Origin: Octopus vulgaris
Lineage: Eukaryota
Assembly (NCBI GenBank): GCA_951406725.2
Contig: OX597828.1
Location: 31,124,001 to 31,188,000, forward strand
Length of the DNA: 64,000 bases
Direction of reading: 5' to 3'
Shown: positions 41,446 through 54,890 of the stretch, one piece after another
How positions within the stretch are numbered: the stretch's first letter is position 1
Layout of the letters: the number at the start of each line of letters is the position of its first letter
Notes under the pieces: model-generated
The model's database searches: none
The model's input: only the letters and a program-made list of their open reading frames with translations
Told to the model about the DNA's origin: nothing
Made by a program: the position numbers and the translations under genes

Positions 41446-42065
41446 TACATGTTTGACTTTTGTTTTGTATTTGTAGAAGTTGACTCCAAGTCACACACAG
41501 AGACCTCAAGAGACAAGTTAGAAGTTCATGTTCATGTTATGCCTAGGGCGACATATATTTGTTTTTGCACGTAGTATTGTTCTACAGAATGTTTAAGTAA
41601 ACAAGGAAATTATGAATTTGAGATTACATAGACATTACTTTACTAATATATGGGCAGTTCCCATGAGCACTATCTTTTAAATTTCTGCTATTTTGGGCTT
41701 TCCTGGTATCTGACCTAGGTTGCAATTAACCCCTTTGGCACCAATGACAAAAGGTATTGTTTTAGTCTTGAGGTTCTACATTTTGCCAATTTCTATTTCA
41801 AGATCTTTATACCTGATCAGTTTTTGGTAGGTCTTGACAGATACAATTATGTCGATTAGGACAGTCATATCAATGAGGACGTATGGTTTTTCGTCTGATG
41901 TCTTTCAATATTATATCTGGCCTAGTTGCACCTATCTTTCTATCAGTTCGAACGGTGAAGTTCCAGAGGTGTGAGATGTGCTCATTTTCAAGCACTGGAG
42001 GTGGTTTGTGTTCCCACCAGTTTATATCAGGGGTCAGGTCCAGGTTTTTGCAAATTTCCCATGCG
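41446..42065 (-). mobile_element. Dong/R4 3' fragment (RLE domain and 3' UTR)
   Basis: WWEHKPPPVLENE...LWNFTVRTDRKIGATRPDIIL...YKDLEIEI...IPFVIGA...KIVLMGTAHIL. The 3' end abuts taataat/(TGA)n. Confidence 0.9.
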
Positions 42066-42299
42066 GTAGGCTTGTGACTGACGCCGACATGAAGTGTTGC
42101 CTGTCGAGCACTGTATAACGTTTTGATGTACTTAGGGCTGCAAAACAATATCAACACTCGTGCGAATGAATAAATAGGTTTTGTATGATGTTCAGTAGTT
42201 CCATGATCTTTTAGCATTTGTAGGTTTTAAGGGTCTTTTATTTGTAAACATTTTAATAAGTTAGGATCTTCATAAATTTATGTTTTATCTTGCACAATG

Positions 42300-44200
42300 T
42301 TCAACATTACAACATTTATTATTGTGGTCCCTTAATACTCTGGAGAGTTAAGAAATTTAAGAACCAATTTCCTAGGTTATCATGTCTCTTACTGTATTCT
42401 TTGTGTGCCCGCATGCTACTTTCCTTTACCAAATAAGTAACACTTTCCTCTTTTGGTTTACGTAAACTACATTGGGAATTTACTTGTTTTTTTCTATTGG
42501 GCTTTTATCTAACAGCCAACAATACTTAATCTTGTGCTACTAACAAACTTTGTCTCCCTCTTCGGCTTTCCTTTTTACAACCATAACCATTGCTCCCTAT
42601 TACTATTTTTTGCTTCTATCTTCGGGAATCTACTATATATGAAGCCTCCTCTTGCCGGTCAAATAATCTTTTTCCTTCTTTCTGGCTTTTAACATCATTT
42701 GGCTTTTTGATTTCTCAATGTCCTTCTATGACTCTAGCAGTTCTTAATAAACTTTCTTCACTATTACCGATACAGGTGGCTAAATCTACTGTAGCTATCA
42801 CCAAGCATTTTTCTAATCATATTAACCCACTTCCACCTTCCTTTCTAGGTAAGGCTAATCTTGCTACTCCTACAGTTGCGCAATGTCATCCATTCATATT
42901 GAATTCGTTCATAGTACTAATGTCTAGATTTGCTAATTCAGACTTTTTGCCATCTAAAAAAGCTGCTGAGTAACTACATAATTATACTGTCCAAGTATTT
43001 ACAGCCTTCACAAGATTCGGACCATTTAGCTTTGTTTTCATTAGCTTCGTCACCCTTGTGATGTATTCTTCAAATTTCATTTTCATTTCTATAGATAGTA
43101 ATCTGTGATATTCTATTACTCTTGGATAGTTATATCCTTCTCCTTCTTTCAGTGATTTTAATGTCTGCCTATCTGGATGCTTTCACAGCCGACTACTTGT
43201 TCCTTTTTAGGACTAACATTGCACGCTAACCTATGCCGAATTCCTGGCCAATACATCTGCTGAAGAGTCTTACAGCTTATTCTAAGGAGTCTATATTTTA
43301 TTTTACTTACTAAAAAGCTTCCTGTAGAACAAATTATATAATTTTTTACTGGCACCCTACCATTGACTTCCCCATTAATGAACTGAGAGGTACTAAACAT
43401 AAGACAGATATGAATGGGGATAACGGGTCTCCTTAGAAAATTCTTCTCTTGGTATTAATTTCCCCAAAGGCTGTCACGTGAGTAGAGATCTAATTTGAAG
43501 TTCTTCGTGCGAAAGTGAATTCATTTTCTTATGTTGTTTGCTATACCAAATTTACTCAAACATTTACATATCCATGACTGTGGGATCATATCACAGATTT
43601 ACTGATAATATATCCATGCTAATATTAAAGTTTTCTTTCCAGATTTTACTTCATTTAAAGCTGCCTTCATCCTGAAACCTTTCTGTTCTTTTGGCAGCAA
43701 TTTCTGATAGTCAAGGTGCTCGCAAATGCTTTTTGGGAGCATTCCTATTTACAGATCCTACTCCTAAGTTAAGCAAGTCATTGGTTTATAATTACTAGCT
43801 AGTTTACCCTTGTTTCTTGTATTTCCTAAGAAGTACTGTTGTCATTCTAGTCATCAAATATGGTATTATTCTTCCATTTAAGCAATCCTGATGTTGTTCC
43901 CTCACTCTCACATATGTGTTACTAAATTTTGTTTGTTTTCTAACATTTTACTCATTAATTCACTAGTTAGTCTTAAATATGGCTGCTTCCCACTGACTAA
44001 TTCTTGCCTTGCTTTCATTAATCATACTGCATCTCCGTTATAAGTGACTGACTTATTTCAAATTTACTCCAGAACCTTCTAGAATTTTTCTGTATCAGGT
44101 TTTTCAACAAAGGTACTTCCTTCCTCATTATTTATTTCGCTATAACATCTCCTGTGGTCTGTCTCAAATAATCTGCTTCCTTCAACTCATCTAAAATCTT
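42300..44200 (-). mobile_element. Decayed Dong/R4 RT region
   Basis: RRIF*GDPLSPF RT motif (~43400-43450), KLNGPNLVKAVNTW and LALPRKEGGSGL. Same subfamily as 53400-54637. Confidence 0.82.
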
Positions 44201-44529
44201 CTGATCTTCCTCACTTAAGTCGCTGGTAAAAGTGATCCCTTCCTGAATTGTAGCACTATTATTTTTTGTTGTCGACTCTTATTTGACTTCATCTGTATCA
44301 TCTGTGCATCTTACTACATCCAATGTTGTGTTGTTTGGCTGTGCGTCACTTGGGCCTTTCTGGGTTTGTTTTATTGCCTTGGAATATTTTCTGCCTCCTG
44401 TTGTGTAATTTTCTTATTTCTCCTAACCACATCATTCTGGTCTGCTAACCCCTTAACAGCTTTATCCTGGTCCAGTAGTCCTGTTAAAGGAGGGTGTGTT
44501 TTGAAGGACGTTTAGAGTATCGATAGTGT

Positions 44530-44895
44530 TATTTTGCTTTGTACGTAGATCTCTGTGGTAATCCCACACATTTATGGTAGGCCTTCATTATTTTCTCGTT
44601 CATACTTGTTCGCTTTTTCATTCTTTTCATCTACAGTACTTTTAGTTGTCTTGGAACTCCACAGTCTCCTCGGGGCTCTGCCTAGATCCTGGTATTTCTC
44701 AAATTTCCCCATTTCTTTCGTATCAGTTCTGCTATCAGAGGGAATTGCAAAATTTATGATCTTGCAGTTTTTATTTATTTTGCCCTCTATAATCATGTCT
44801 GATTTTCTTGTCTCGATATTATGGTCAGTGTTTATAACGAAGACCCACACAAACTTGTCATTGCCGTTTTCTATCACAGTATCTGGTTCCAAATT
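44530..44895 (-). mobile_element. Dong/R4 RLE fragment
   Basis: EPDTVIENGNDKFVWVFVINTDHNIETRKSDMII...CKIINFAIPSDSR...EKYQDL. Confidence 0.85.
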
Positions 44896-45499
44896 TTTGA
44901 CACTGATAACATGGCCGTGTAACGCTTTTCCTCTGCATTCTAAAGGAAAAATGACTGTCATTATTTCATCACTGACCATACTGAAGATTTCGAAGTAATT
45001 CGTTTCTGGACTAAATGCAATCTTATATATCCGAAAATTTGTCCTGTAATATAATGTTACCAAATATGAAAATATTCGGCTCTGATTTATAAAATATTTG
45101 TTAGCGCCAAAGCAATACTCTGTTGTAAACACCAGGGAAAATATTTATGACAGATATTATGATAAAATTCCATCATCCAGATTATATAATCTTGAAATAA
45201 CTCGGCATCAACTACTGATAACGAAAATACGTTAACTTAATATAAACATATCCGACTTATCATTTATTACAATTTGATTCAAAATGCGATATGCATTTAT
45301 TTATCTGTTTAGTTTAACTAACATCAATACGTTGTAAATGTCTACTTAATTTATCTAAAATCATTAAATTGTATGCATTTCCAAATCGAGGTATTCTAAC
45401 TGACCTTGCTCATTGGCGTTTCAGAGAGATATTGCTTCCATAAGCATTATAAATAGTCACGCTGTGTAATACTTTTCTTTTTACAACTGTCATGTGTCG

Positions 45500-45900
45500 T
45501 TCATTTGTCCCCAGGGTTTGCTCTTGTGTGCCACCAATTAAAGTTTTTTCTTCTTGTTTAAGATTACTTTTTCGCATAATGCCCACTTCTACAACAAATC
45601 GGTTTCGGGTTCTGTATAATTGCCCGTACATACTCTTTCTTTTCCATCTTCTTTGAGCCTCAATTTCTTTCTCCGTCCTACACTCAGACGATTCCATGCA
45701 ATCTTCAATTATCATCCAATTTAACTTTTTCACTTCCAAAAGCAATGGTTCATTAGCATTCGCTATGTACCAATATATACTATTCTCTTCTGGTTTCACA
45801 CATCATTCACGAACTAATCAGTCATACTCTCCTTCTTTCTTGAGACATATAATAAGTCAACACTACTTCTGGTATTCCATCACAGCATCTGGTTTCAAAA
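45500..45900 (-). mobile_element. Dong/R4 fragment
   Basis: EENSIYWYIANANEPLL...WKRKSMYGQ...LKQEEKTLIGGTQEQTLGTN. Confidence 0.78.
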
Positions 45901-48900
45901 ATCGATACTGATAACGTGGCTGTTTAACCATTTTTGCTGTCCATTTTATTGGGAAAATGACTGTCATTGTTTCACCACTAGCCCTACTAAAAATTTCCAA
46001 CTAACTCGCTTCTCGACTAAAAGCAATGTTTCATTACATGTAGTACTGCGTTCCGAAAATAAATCCTGTTATATAATACTACCAAATATGTCAATATTCG
46101 TCTCTGGTCCTTAAAACATCTTCAGTTCAGCAACTCCGTGTTCAATCTAACCAACGTTTTGCAACATCTGAATACATTTATATGCACTAAAATGATGGTG
46201 AATTTTTTTTATGCTATTCCACAGAATGCGATTTTTAAGTGCTCCAACAAATATCTTTTTGTAGATTACTTGAATTATAAAGTTAATATCTAATATGTTT
46301 TCATGAATTAGTTTACAGTTTTACCTATCTAATAAAGGGATTTGGCCTTCATCGGTTACTTAAGATTAATAATTTTAGTGAACATATCCTCACACTAGCT
46401 GTATTAAAATGTAAGTAAACACAGCAACCGAGATATATATATAATTATATTCATACTAGGTTTTCGAAATTCATGGCACATAAAAGAAGTACTGATCGAA
46501 ATAATGACTTGAAATTCAATTAGGTGTCTACAGTGAAGGAAATTAGAAGTATATAAAATATACATATATGGTAAATATTAACTTTGGTTATATGCATCGC
46601 AACAAATCTGAGAGATTATGTACCAACCTATCAACATGCAGCATGAATACACATACACAGAATTCCCTCATAACATGTAGATTAATTTGGAAAATGTTAT
46701 CAATCGTGGCACTACTACAAATGTAGAAACTACATGATAGAAGTGACGGATAACGAGTGAGTTCCACTTCCTTTGTAATGGAAGAATTTCTGTAGTCATG
46801 ATTTAACATAGTTAGAAATCTATACAGTTAGGTCCAAAGTGTTGTAAACATAAGAAATATCACATGTTCCGTTCTTTGTCGGCCATTCTAATGTGTTTAA
46901 AGAGAGTCAGAATATATAATCGCGCGTCACTTGTTTCATTTGCATTCTTCATCTTCCCAGAAAAATGCCGGAAAATGGAATGCAATGTAAAATTTATAAC
47001 ATTTAAACATTTAAAATAGATCGTCCTAACGGAAATGTCAGCTTCGATTTTATAAAGTTATCTTTTACTTTCTTCTTTAATTTACGAGAAAATGCTAATT
47101 TTCCAGTGTATAAAAACGTAATTATTCAATGCAGCTTTGGCATAATATAAACTAGCAGCTTGAAACATATTAGCTCAGTATACTACTCCCCATCATATGT
47201 GCATGAATGTGCACCGTGACTGAACAGAATATATTTAAATTTCTATGCTCTAATTTAATAATTCCTACAGTGCAGCGATAGTATAGAGGTGCGAGAAGTA
47301 ATAACTTGTTCTCCAATATTAGCATACTAAATATGTTTTCCAGCTTATGTTAAGAATTGACTTCATATACAATTAACATTTCATAATTCTGACACGAATG
47401 TTTAATATTTCGGTGATGGCTTAGCTATTGAGATGACGATATTAAATTGTTTCCATGCCAATATGATACACACACGTTGCTAATAAACAACATCCTTACA
47501 TCTTTTAAATATTCCAATCCTTGCAAATTGTATATTGTTGTTCAGCTGTAAAGGATTGTGATTGGGGTTGAATGTATTCGTGACGCTGATTCATCTTAGT
47601 TTCCTTACCACTAAATGACTTGGAGCGATAAATTATATCGCACGATTATCGGTTGTGTCAATTCAGTTACGAATATTTACCGGCCACTATTCCAGATTAA
47701 AACTTTCCATCAATATTAACATTTAAATTTAGTTGTTATTGTTCGTAGTGATTAATATAATCGTAGTCACGGTAGTTGTGGGAATTGTCCGCGAATTGGC
47801 TCTGACATCAATGATTTATTATCGAAGCTTTTCAAAACAGTATCGTGTACTTTTCTCAAGCATTGCATACGTATGACTACATCATTCAAAGAACACCTCT
47901 CCCATTCAATTATAAATTTCCGTTTTATATAATGTGATGTGTTAAAACATACTTCTACGCATATCCAATCATTCATATATGTGTATATTCATAAATACAT
48001 ACGTACATACGTGCTGTAATTAAATAGGAAATAGGTTCCTAATCTGAAATGTATACAGTAATATTAATAAAATGGGAGAATACTCTCGATCCAGTCATCG
48101 TTGTCACGAGAAAAGCAATGCAACTGAACAAATATGACATAGTGAATTATCACAGAGTAGAGACAAAAGCAAAGTTAGACTGTTCGTTTTCAAATTTAAA
48201 TTAGAAACGTTTTTGTACGACATAAAACTGTCCTTCGCTTGCAAATAGATATAAAAATTACATATTTTTCATGATCTGCAATTTCTCTCATTATATATGA
48301 ACGTAGATTTAGAGCATTGTAAATTAGTCTTTTACATCTCCGATTAAAGAAGCCTTATGCAACCTAAAACAATCGCTTAAGGAAGTTATACAATATAACT
48401 TTATATATATATATATATATATAAAAACATTATATTCCAAACTACTTACACCAATCCCTGTGTATCCAATCAGGGAGAGATAAGATGAGATTCATCTCTA
48501 TTACTTCTCTTTCGTTACTGTGTAAAATTAGTGACGTGTATACTTTCCGTGGTTAGTATTAGATACGGAAATACATACATTACGGATCATTAGATTTTTA
48601 TTACAATTAATGACTGAAATTTTAAACAAAATTAGCTTTAACGAAGTCGTATGTATTATATTATTAACACAAATATCTCTATGCAAGTAGGTACTTCTGG
48701 GTGCACACTCCTATTTCGTGTTAACTGTCGAAAAATAATCCGACATATCCCAGGATGAAAATGAATTGTTATGCCAAATTTCAACACCAAAACACATTTC
48801 AATATATAAGGGTGTCTCAGTTATCATTATGTTGATGTATTGAATACATCAACACATTGAATACACCGTACTATATGTAGTAAATATTTCAGGTTATCCA

Positions 48901-50211
48901 AACTTAAAATGTAATTAATGCGTACATATGTACAAACATACTTTAGCTATTTTCACAGTAACATATCTTTTAGGCATACATTCTTAGTTATAATCTCAGA
49001 AAGCATTTTGATTGTAATAGAAATAAACACTCTTCATGCTACCTACGGAACGTAACATATATATCAATTACGTACCATGTAGAAGTAAATGTTGCAGAAT
49101 AACAGTTCCTGGTAGAATGAATAGATTAAGATTCCTGGGATAGTAACAAATATTCTATGTAGAATAATATATTTGCACCAATCTTTATATACACATTCTT
49201 ATATCACTTCCTGCAGAGGTAATGCTTTCTTGCTTTTAGGTTTAATGTAAAGTGTTGACAGTTTTCGATTATCACATGCTAATCGTTATGGTCCAGACAA
49301 GGAGTGTATGTATTCACATTCTATTTCTTCTACATCTCCATATATTGATGAATAGCTCAAGATTTCTTACATCAGCCACATTAGTGATCCACATACAATC
49401 ATTGAAAAGAGAAAGAGCTTTGCATCTACGCAAGTAGGAATGCGTTTATTGTAGTTAGAATGATCTTCTGTTGGTCACGGTCCTTATATCTAGATTGATA
49501 ACAAAAACATATTACTCCTATGAAATGAAGTACAGAATTTCTTGAATATACGGAGACTTGATGCGATGCAACAATTCAAGGCAACTGCCTTACAGCTGCC
49601 TAGCAATTGTGAAGTGAGGATACTTGTCTTCAGTTAAATTTCAACAATTGTATGTTTAACATTTGTAGGTGGCGTTTAACTTGCATGTGAATTGGAGAGC
49701 GAATTTGGATCTGATTTTTTATAACTTATATATGCATGAGCATGGCTATCATTGCACGAAGCCTTCTATTTAAAGTTGGTACTCGTGTAATTATGTTTCT
49801 ATGCAATATACTGATAGATTGATTTCATATGTTTTGAAACTGATTGTCAAAAGAAGTTGCTTATGAATCTGCAACAAATACGAACAGGTAACCGTTTTAA
49901 CTATTTGCGTGTTTATCGTTGGAAATCTTGGCATCAGGTGTTGGATACACATAATTCCATCCAAAACTACTCTCCCGAATACACTATAAGTGTGTTGAAG
50001 CTTGAAGAGATGGCTGTTACAAGGGATTGTTGGAATGACTGAATTGATGTACAAGGTTTTTCCTCCAATTTTCACAAACAATTTTATGCGTCTGACATTG
50101 CTTTCCGGCATGTAACTCCTCGCCACGTCGCGGTTCACCTATCACAGTTTACCTATCGCGGTTTATTATCTAAACTTACATCGGTTACTCTGTGGTGTTG
50201 TTTTCCATTTA

Positions 50212-51117
50212 TATTAGGTTGTCAAGAAAGATCTTGCGGAATTTTAAATTTTGGCTTTAAATAATATATTTTCAAATAAATTACTTTCATTTTATATATC
50301 ATTTTAAATCCCGCTTTTTACTATGTCTAATCCTGCTATTCTTTTTCTTTTTGAATAATGAAGCCATTTTCCCGGAACGTCGAATAAAATGGACAAGTAG
50401 CAAATTCGCATATATTTATTCCAGTTCAACTTAGATCAAAAAGTTGCTAAGACAGCTCGCGATATCAATGATGCGTTTGGCCCAGGAACCACTAATGAAC
50501 GTACAGCACAATGGTAGTTCAAGAAACTTCGTTGCGGTGACGAGAGTCTTGAAGATGATAAGCGTAGTAGTTGGCCATCCGATGTTGACAACGATCAACT
50601 AAGAGCCTTAGTCGAAGCCAATCCACGCAAAACTGATCGAGACCTTGTTTCTGAATTAGACGTAACGTATGCGACAATTTTCAACCACTTGAAAGAGATT
50701 GGAAACACAAAAATACTTGAGAAATGGGTGCCACACGAATTGAACGACAACCAAAAAAAAAAAAAACGCCGTTTTGAAGTGTAGTCTTCCCTTCTTTTAC
50801 GCAACAAGAACGACCCATTTCTCAACCGGATTGGGACTTGCGATGTAAAGTGGATTATTTACGACAACCGGCGACACTCAGCTCAGTGGTTGGACGCCGA
50901 CGAAACTCCACGGCACGTACCGAAGCCAAGGTTGAACGAAAAGAAGGTCATGGTGTATGTTTAGTGATTTGCGGCCGGTCTTATCCACCACGGCTTTTCG
51001 GATCCAAGCGAAACCATTGCAGCGGAGAAGTACTGTCAGCAAATGGATGAAATGCAAAAGAAACTCCGACAACAAACAGCATTGGTCAGTAGAAAAGGAA
51101 CAATTCTTCTCCACGTC
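50212..51117 (+). mobile_element. Hsmar1-like (cecropia-type) mariner, 3'-truncated pseudogene
   Basis: TA + ttaggttgtcaagaaag left TIR. ATG at 50389, then TARDINDAFGPGTTNERTAQW*FKK, WVPHEL and TCDVKW.IYDN. Confidence 0.9.
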
Positions 51118-52249
51118 TGAGAGGGGGTATTTCTTTATGTTTGTACTGTGCATTCTTAAATATATTTTAATAAATGTTAAATTTTGATAATCGTAACAGG
51201 TTCGAATTTCCCTTTGGTTCTGTAATTATGTTTCTGATATTATCCTTCAAATTTAATGCGCACAAATTCTAAGTAGCTTTTATTACAACTGAAATCTTTG
51301 GAAGATACCTACATGTAATCACTTACATTCTTGGTACTTTTAGAAATGCAATATTATTCAAAAGATTTTGACAGTGATTTATCAAAATTGTATTATATAA
51401 TAAATGAGAACACAAACATTATTGAAATATAAGTTGTACAGATTCTCCAAAACTATAATGTAAATTTGTTTTAAATAATATATCACCAAACAGAAAAGGA
51501 TAAACTTTTATTTCCTGAAATTGATACGAAATGCAACAGTATCAGTAAGTTAGAACGGAGACACATATGAGTTATTTTCTTTAAAGATTCTGTTTGTCTT
51601 CCTACTATGAACAAGTAAATATTGATAAACTAAATGCATTTTCCCTGGTCAAGCCGTTGCCGGATGTCTTTACTTCCATGTTGTTGACGAAGGAGATTTA
51701 AAAAAAGGCATAAATGTTATTGGATATCGTAGTGGACAATGTCTGATGTCATATATCGTATATTAACTGACGTGATACAGAAAATGCAATACTTCTCTCA
51801 ATATTTTCTAAAAACAGGAAGGAAACATTGAACTCAATGGCTGTTTAAGGTAAATATGAGAGAAACAGATGTCCATTGTAAAGATATATTTTTTTGTTAT
51901 TTATGAAGGTGAAAGGAAAAGAAGCTTGGCGTGCAAGGAGGCTTACACTTCAGCATAGAAATAAAGTACAAGCCTTAATTTTCTAACATTAATAGTGGAA
52001 CCTGAAGCAAATTTACCTACAACTATTGCGGATTTAGTTTTTGCGTATATAACACATTCCATAGAGTTAAGTTACTACATAATACCATGACTATGTGATA
52101 AATCAATATGTCATTTATTTCCATTTCTTCTGAAGATAATCCTTTCGAAAGATCGAATAATCTTGTGAATTAAAAATGATTCTAAATGTGTCTACGCACA
52201 CATGTAGTCAGATATAGTTCGTCCATCCTCAAATGGACTAAGGAGGAAA

Positions 52250-53345
52250 TATCAGCACTGGATAGAAGGACAAAAATGTTGATGACCCTCCATGCTTAAA
52301 CAGACTGTATATGAAAAGAAAGAACGGTGGCAGAGGACTACTTTGTATAGACCATTGTATAAGGAGTGAAAGGAGAACGCTTGCCGAGTATTTGAAAAAT
52401 TAGTGATGAAGACCTGCAGCAATATGCTGCGAAAGATATGGGTGTAAATGTAGATAAAATGATGGGCAAGGAAGAGTTTAACCAAAAAGCTGAGGAGAAG
52501 AGAAGAGAAAATCTTCTTGAAATGAGAATGAAATCGACAGTTTGAAAGGAATACATAGGAGCGTAAAGCATATACAGCATCGTGGGTATGACTTGAACGA
52601 GGTGATTTGAAGTGTATCACTACTGCACAAGACCAGATTCTCGCTACCAGGTCAGTGGAGTATAAAATCTATAAAACCTCTGACGTCCAGAAATGCAGAC
52701 TCTGAGGAAAGAGTGTGGAAAATGTGACCCACTTGGTAAGTGGATGTTAGAGCCTTGCACAAAAACAATACAAGCACAGCCACGATAAAGTGTATGAGTA
52801 TCGTCATTGGCTCTTATACCGTAAATACCAATATGAAATGACAGAAAACTGATACGAGCAGGTATCTAGTGAAGTTATGCAGGAGGATGGAAAAGTAACA
52901 ATACTCTTGGACTATGATTTTCAGACAGACCGAGTAATCGAACACTGTCGGCCGGATATTGTCATATTGAATAAGAGAGACAAATACTGTCAGATCATTG
53001 ATTTAGCCATACCAAATGAAATGAATGTTGTGAGTAAAGAGGTTGAAAAAAATCACCAAGTACTCCAAACTGAAAGTGGAAATGGCAAGATTGTATGGAA
53101 TGCTAGAAGGTACTGTAAAAGTGATAGCAGTGGTGATAAGCGCGTTGGGTTCCAATTGAAAATTCAAAACTCCTTAAGGCAAATGGAAATCCCATTAAAG
53201 ATTGATGCCTTGCGAATTGGACAGAGCGCACATCTTAAGGAAAGTATTACATCTTTGTGTTCCTTGTTGTGACTTGACAGATGACTAAAGACTCCGGTGC
53301 ATTTTTACTTACAGTGTGTTACGAAGGAATAGCAATAGATACAAT
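52250..53345 (+). mobile_element. Dong/R4 3' fragment
   Basis: TAQDQILATR, KCRL*GKSVENVTHLVSGC, HDKV and DFQTDRVIEHCRPDIVIL...IIDLAIP (PD..D RLE motif). Confidence 0.9.
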
Positions 53346-53349
53346 AGCA

Positions 53350-54637
53350 ATTTGTCATGGAAAGGCATCACGTAGTCGACACCGAAAGCATCCAACTACC
53401 AGATAACCAGATATTAAAATCATTGAAAGGAGAGAGTTATAAGTATCCAGGAGTATAGTAATCTGACGTAGTACTAATTATAGAAATGAAAACATAAATT
53501 GAGTACATCAGAAGGGTGAGGAAGATAACGAAGTCAAAGCTAGATGGTCCGAATCTCGCGAAGGCTGTAAATACTGGGGCAATATTATTACTTCAGCAAC
53601 TTTTGTAGATTTGAGAATAAACAGAATAAGCAAAGTTCGACAGAAAAATTAGGAAGGAATTCAATATGAATGGAGGACTCCACCGAAGTGCAGGAGGAGA
53701 AGAAAGTAGAAGAAGACTGTGTGGAATTATCTAGAGTAGATATAGACTCTTGTATAAGTAATAGTGAAGAGAGTTTGTTAAAATATGCTAGAATCACAGC
53801 AAGAGATAAGGAAACTAAAACACCAAATGAATTTAAACCAGACAAAAGAACAAAAAATTATCTGACTGGGAAGAGAAGACGTTGCATGGTAGATTCCTAA
53901 TAGAGTTGCAGCAAATAGTAGTAGTGAAACATAGCTATACTTGCAGAAAGGATAGCTGAAAAGGGAGGCAGAATATTTGTTAGGAGGTTCACATGATCAA
54001 GCATTAAGGACTAATTGGATATCAGCCTGGATAGACAACAAACAAGTAGATTCCCATTTTAGGTTACGCAAATCAAAAGAAGAAAGTGTTAGTCATATAG
54101 TAACTGAATGTAGTATGCTGACAAAGAAAGAATACAAGAAAAGACATGACAACTTAGGGAGGGTAATCCACTGGGTATTATGTAGAAAGTTAGGATTTGA
54201 TCATACTGATAAATGGTATGAACGTGAACCTAGTAAACTACTGACAGAGTAATAGCAGCTAGAAAACTTTAGTAGTAGGTGATAAAAAAATAGAAAGTCC
54301 CAGGTAATTGACATTACAGTCTCAAATGATGAATAAATCAATGAGAGGTATAGGAAAATAGCAAAATACCAAGATCTAGCCATTGAATTACAGAGACTAT
54401 GGAAAGTGCCGGTAAAATGGATCCCAGTAGTTATAGATGTTTTGGGAACTATCCGTAAATGTCTGAACAGATGGATAGAGGAAAAGGGCATAGAACCCAG
54501 TTTAGTACAGCTCTAGAAAACAGTGTTATTAGGGACAGCTAGGATATTTAAGAGGGTTCTTAGCATCTAAGTTTAGCTGTTTAGTCCAATGCTACTTTTT
54601 TCTGCCTTTCCAACAGTGTAATCTGTTGCGTGTATAA
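53350..54637 (+). mobile_element. Dong/R4 3' fragment with (TAA)n tail
   Basis: KSKLDGPNLAKAVNT, HDQALRTNW, ESVSHIVTEC, KRHDNLGRVIHWVLC, KYQDLAIEL.RLW and KTVLLGTARIFKRVL. Confidence 0.92.

Positions 54638-54890
<253 letters not shown>

Noticed and set aside
39043-41574. Long poly-S, poly-I, poly-H and poly-D ORFs
   Set aside because: They are translations of trinucleotide microsatellites.
46100-50200. Host exons in repeat-poor AT-rich stretches (also 55000-58300 and 62000-63600)
   Set aside because: The short ORFs show no recognisable homology or convincing splice context. Small exons cannot be excluded without RNA-seq.
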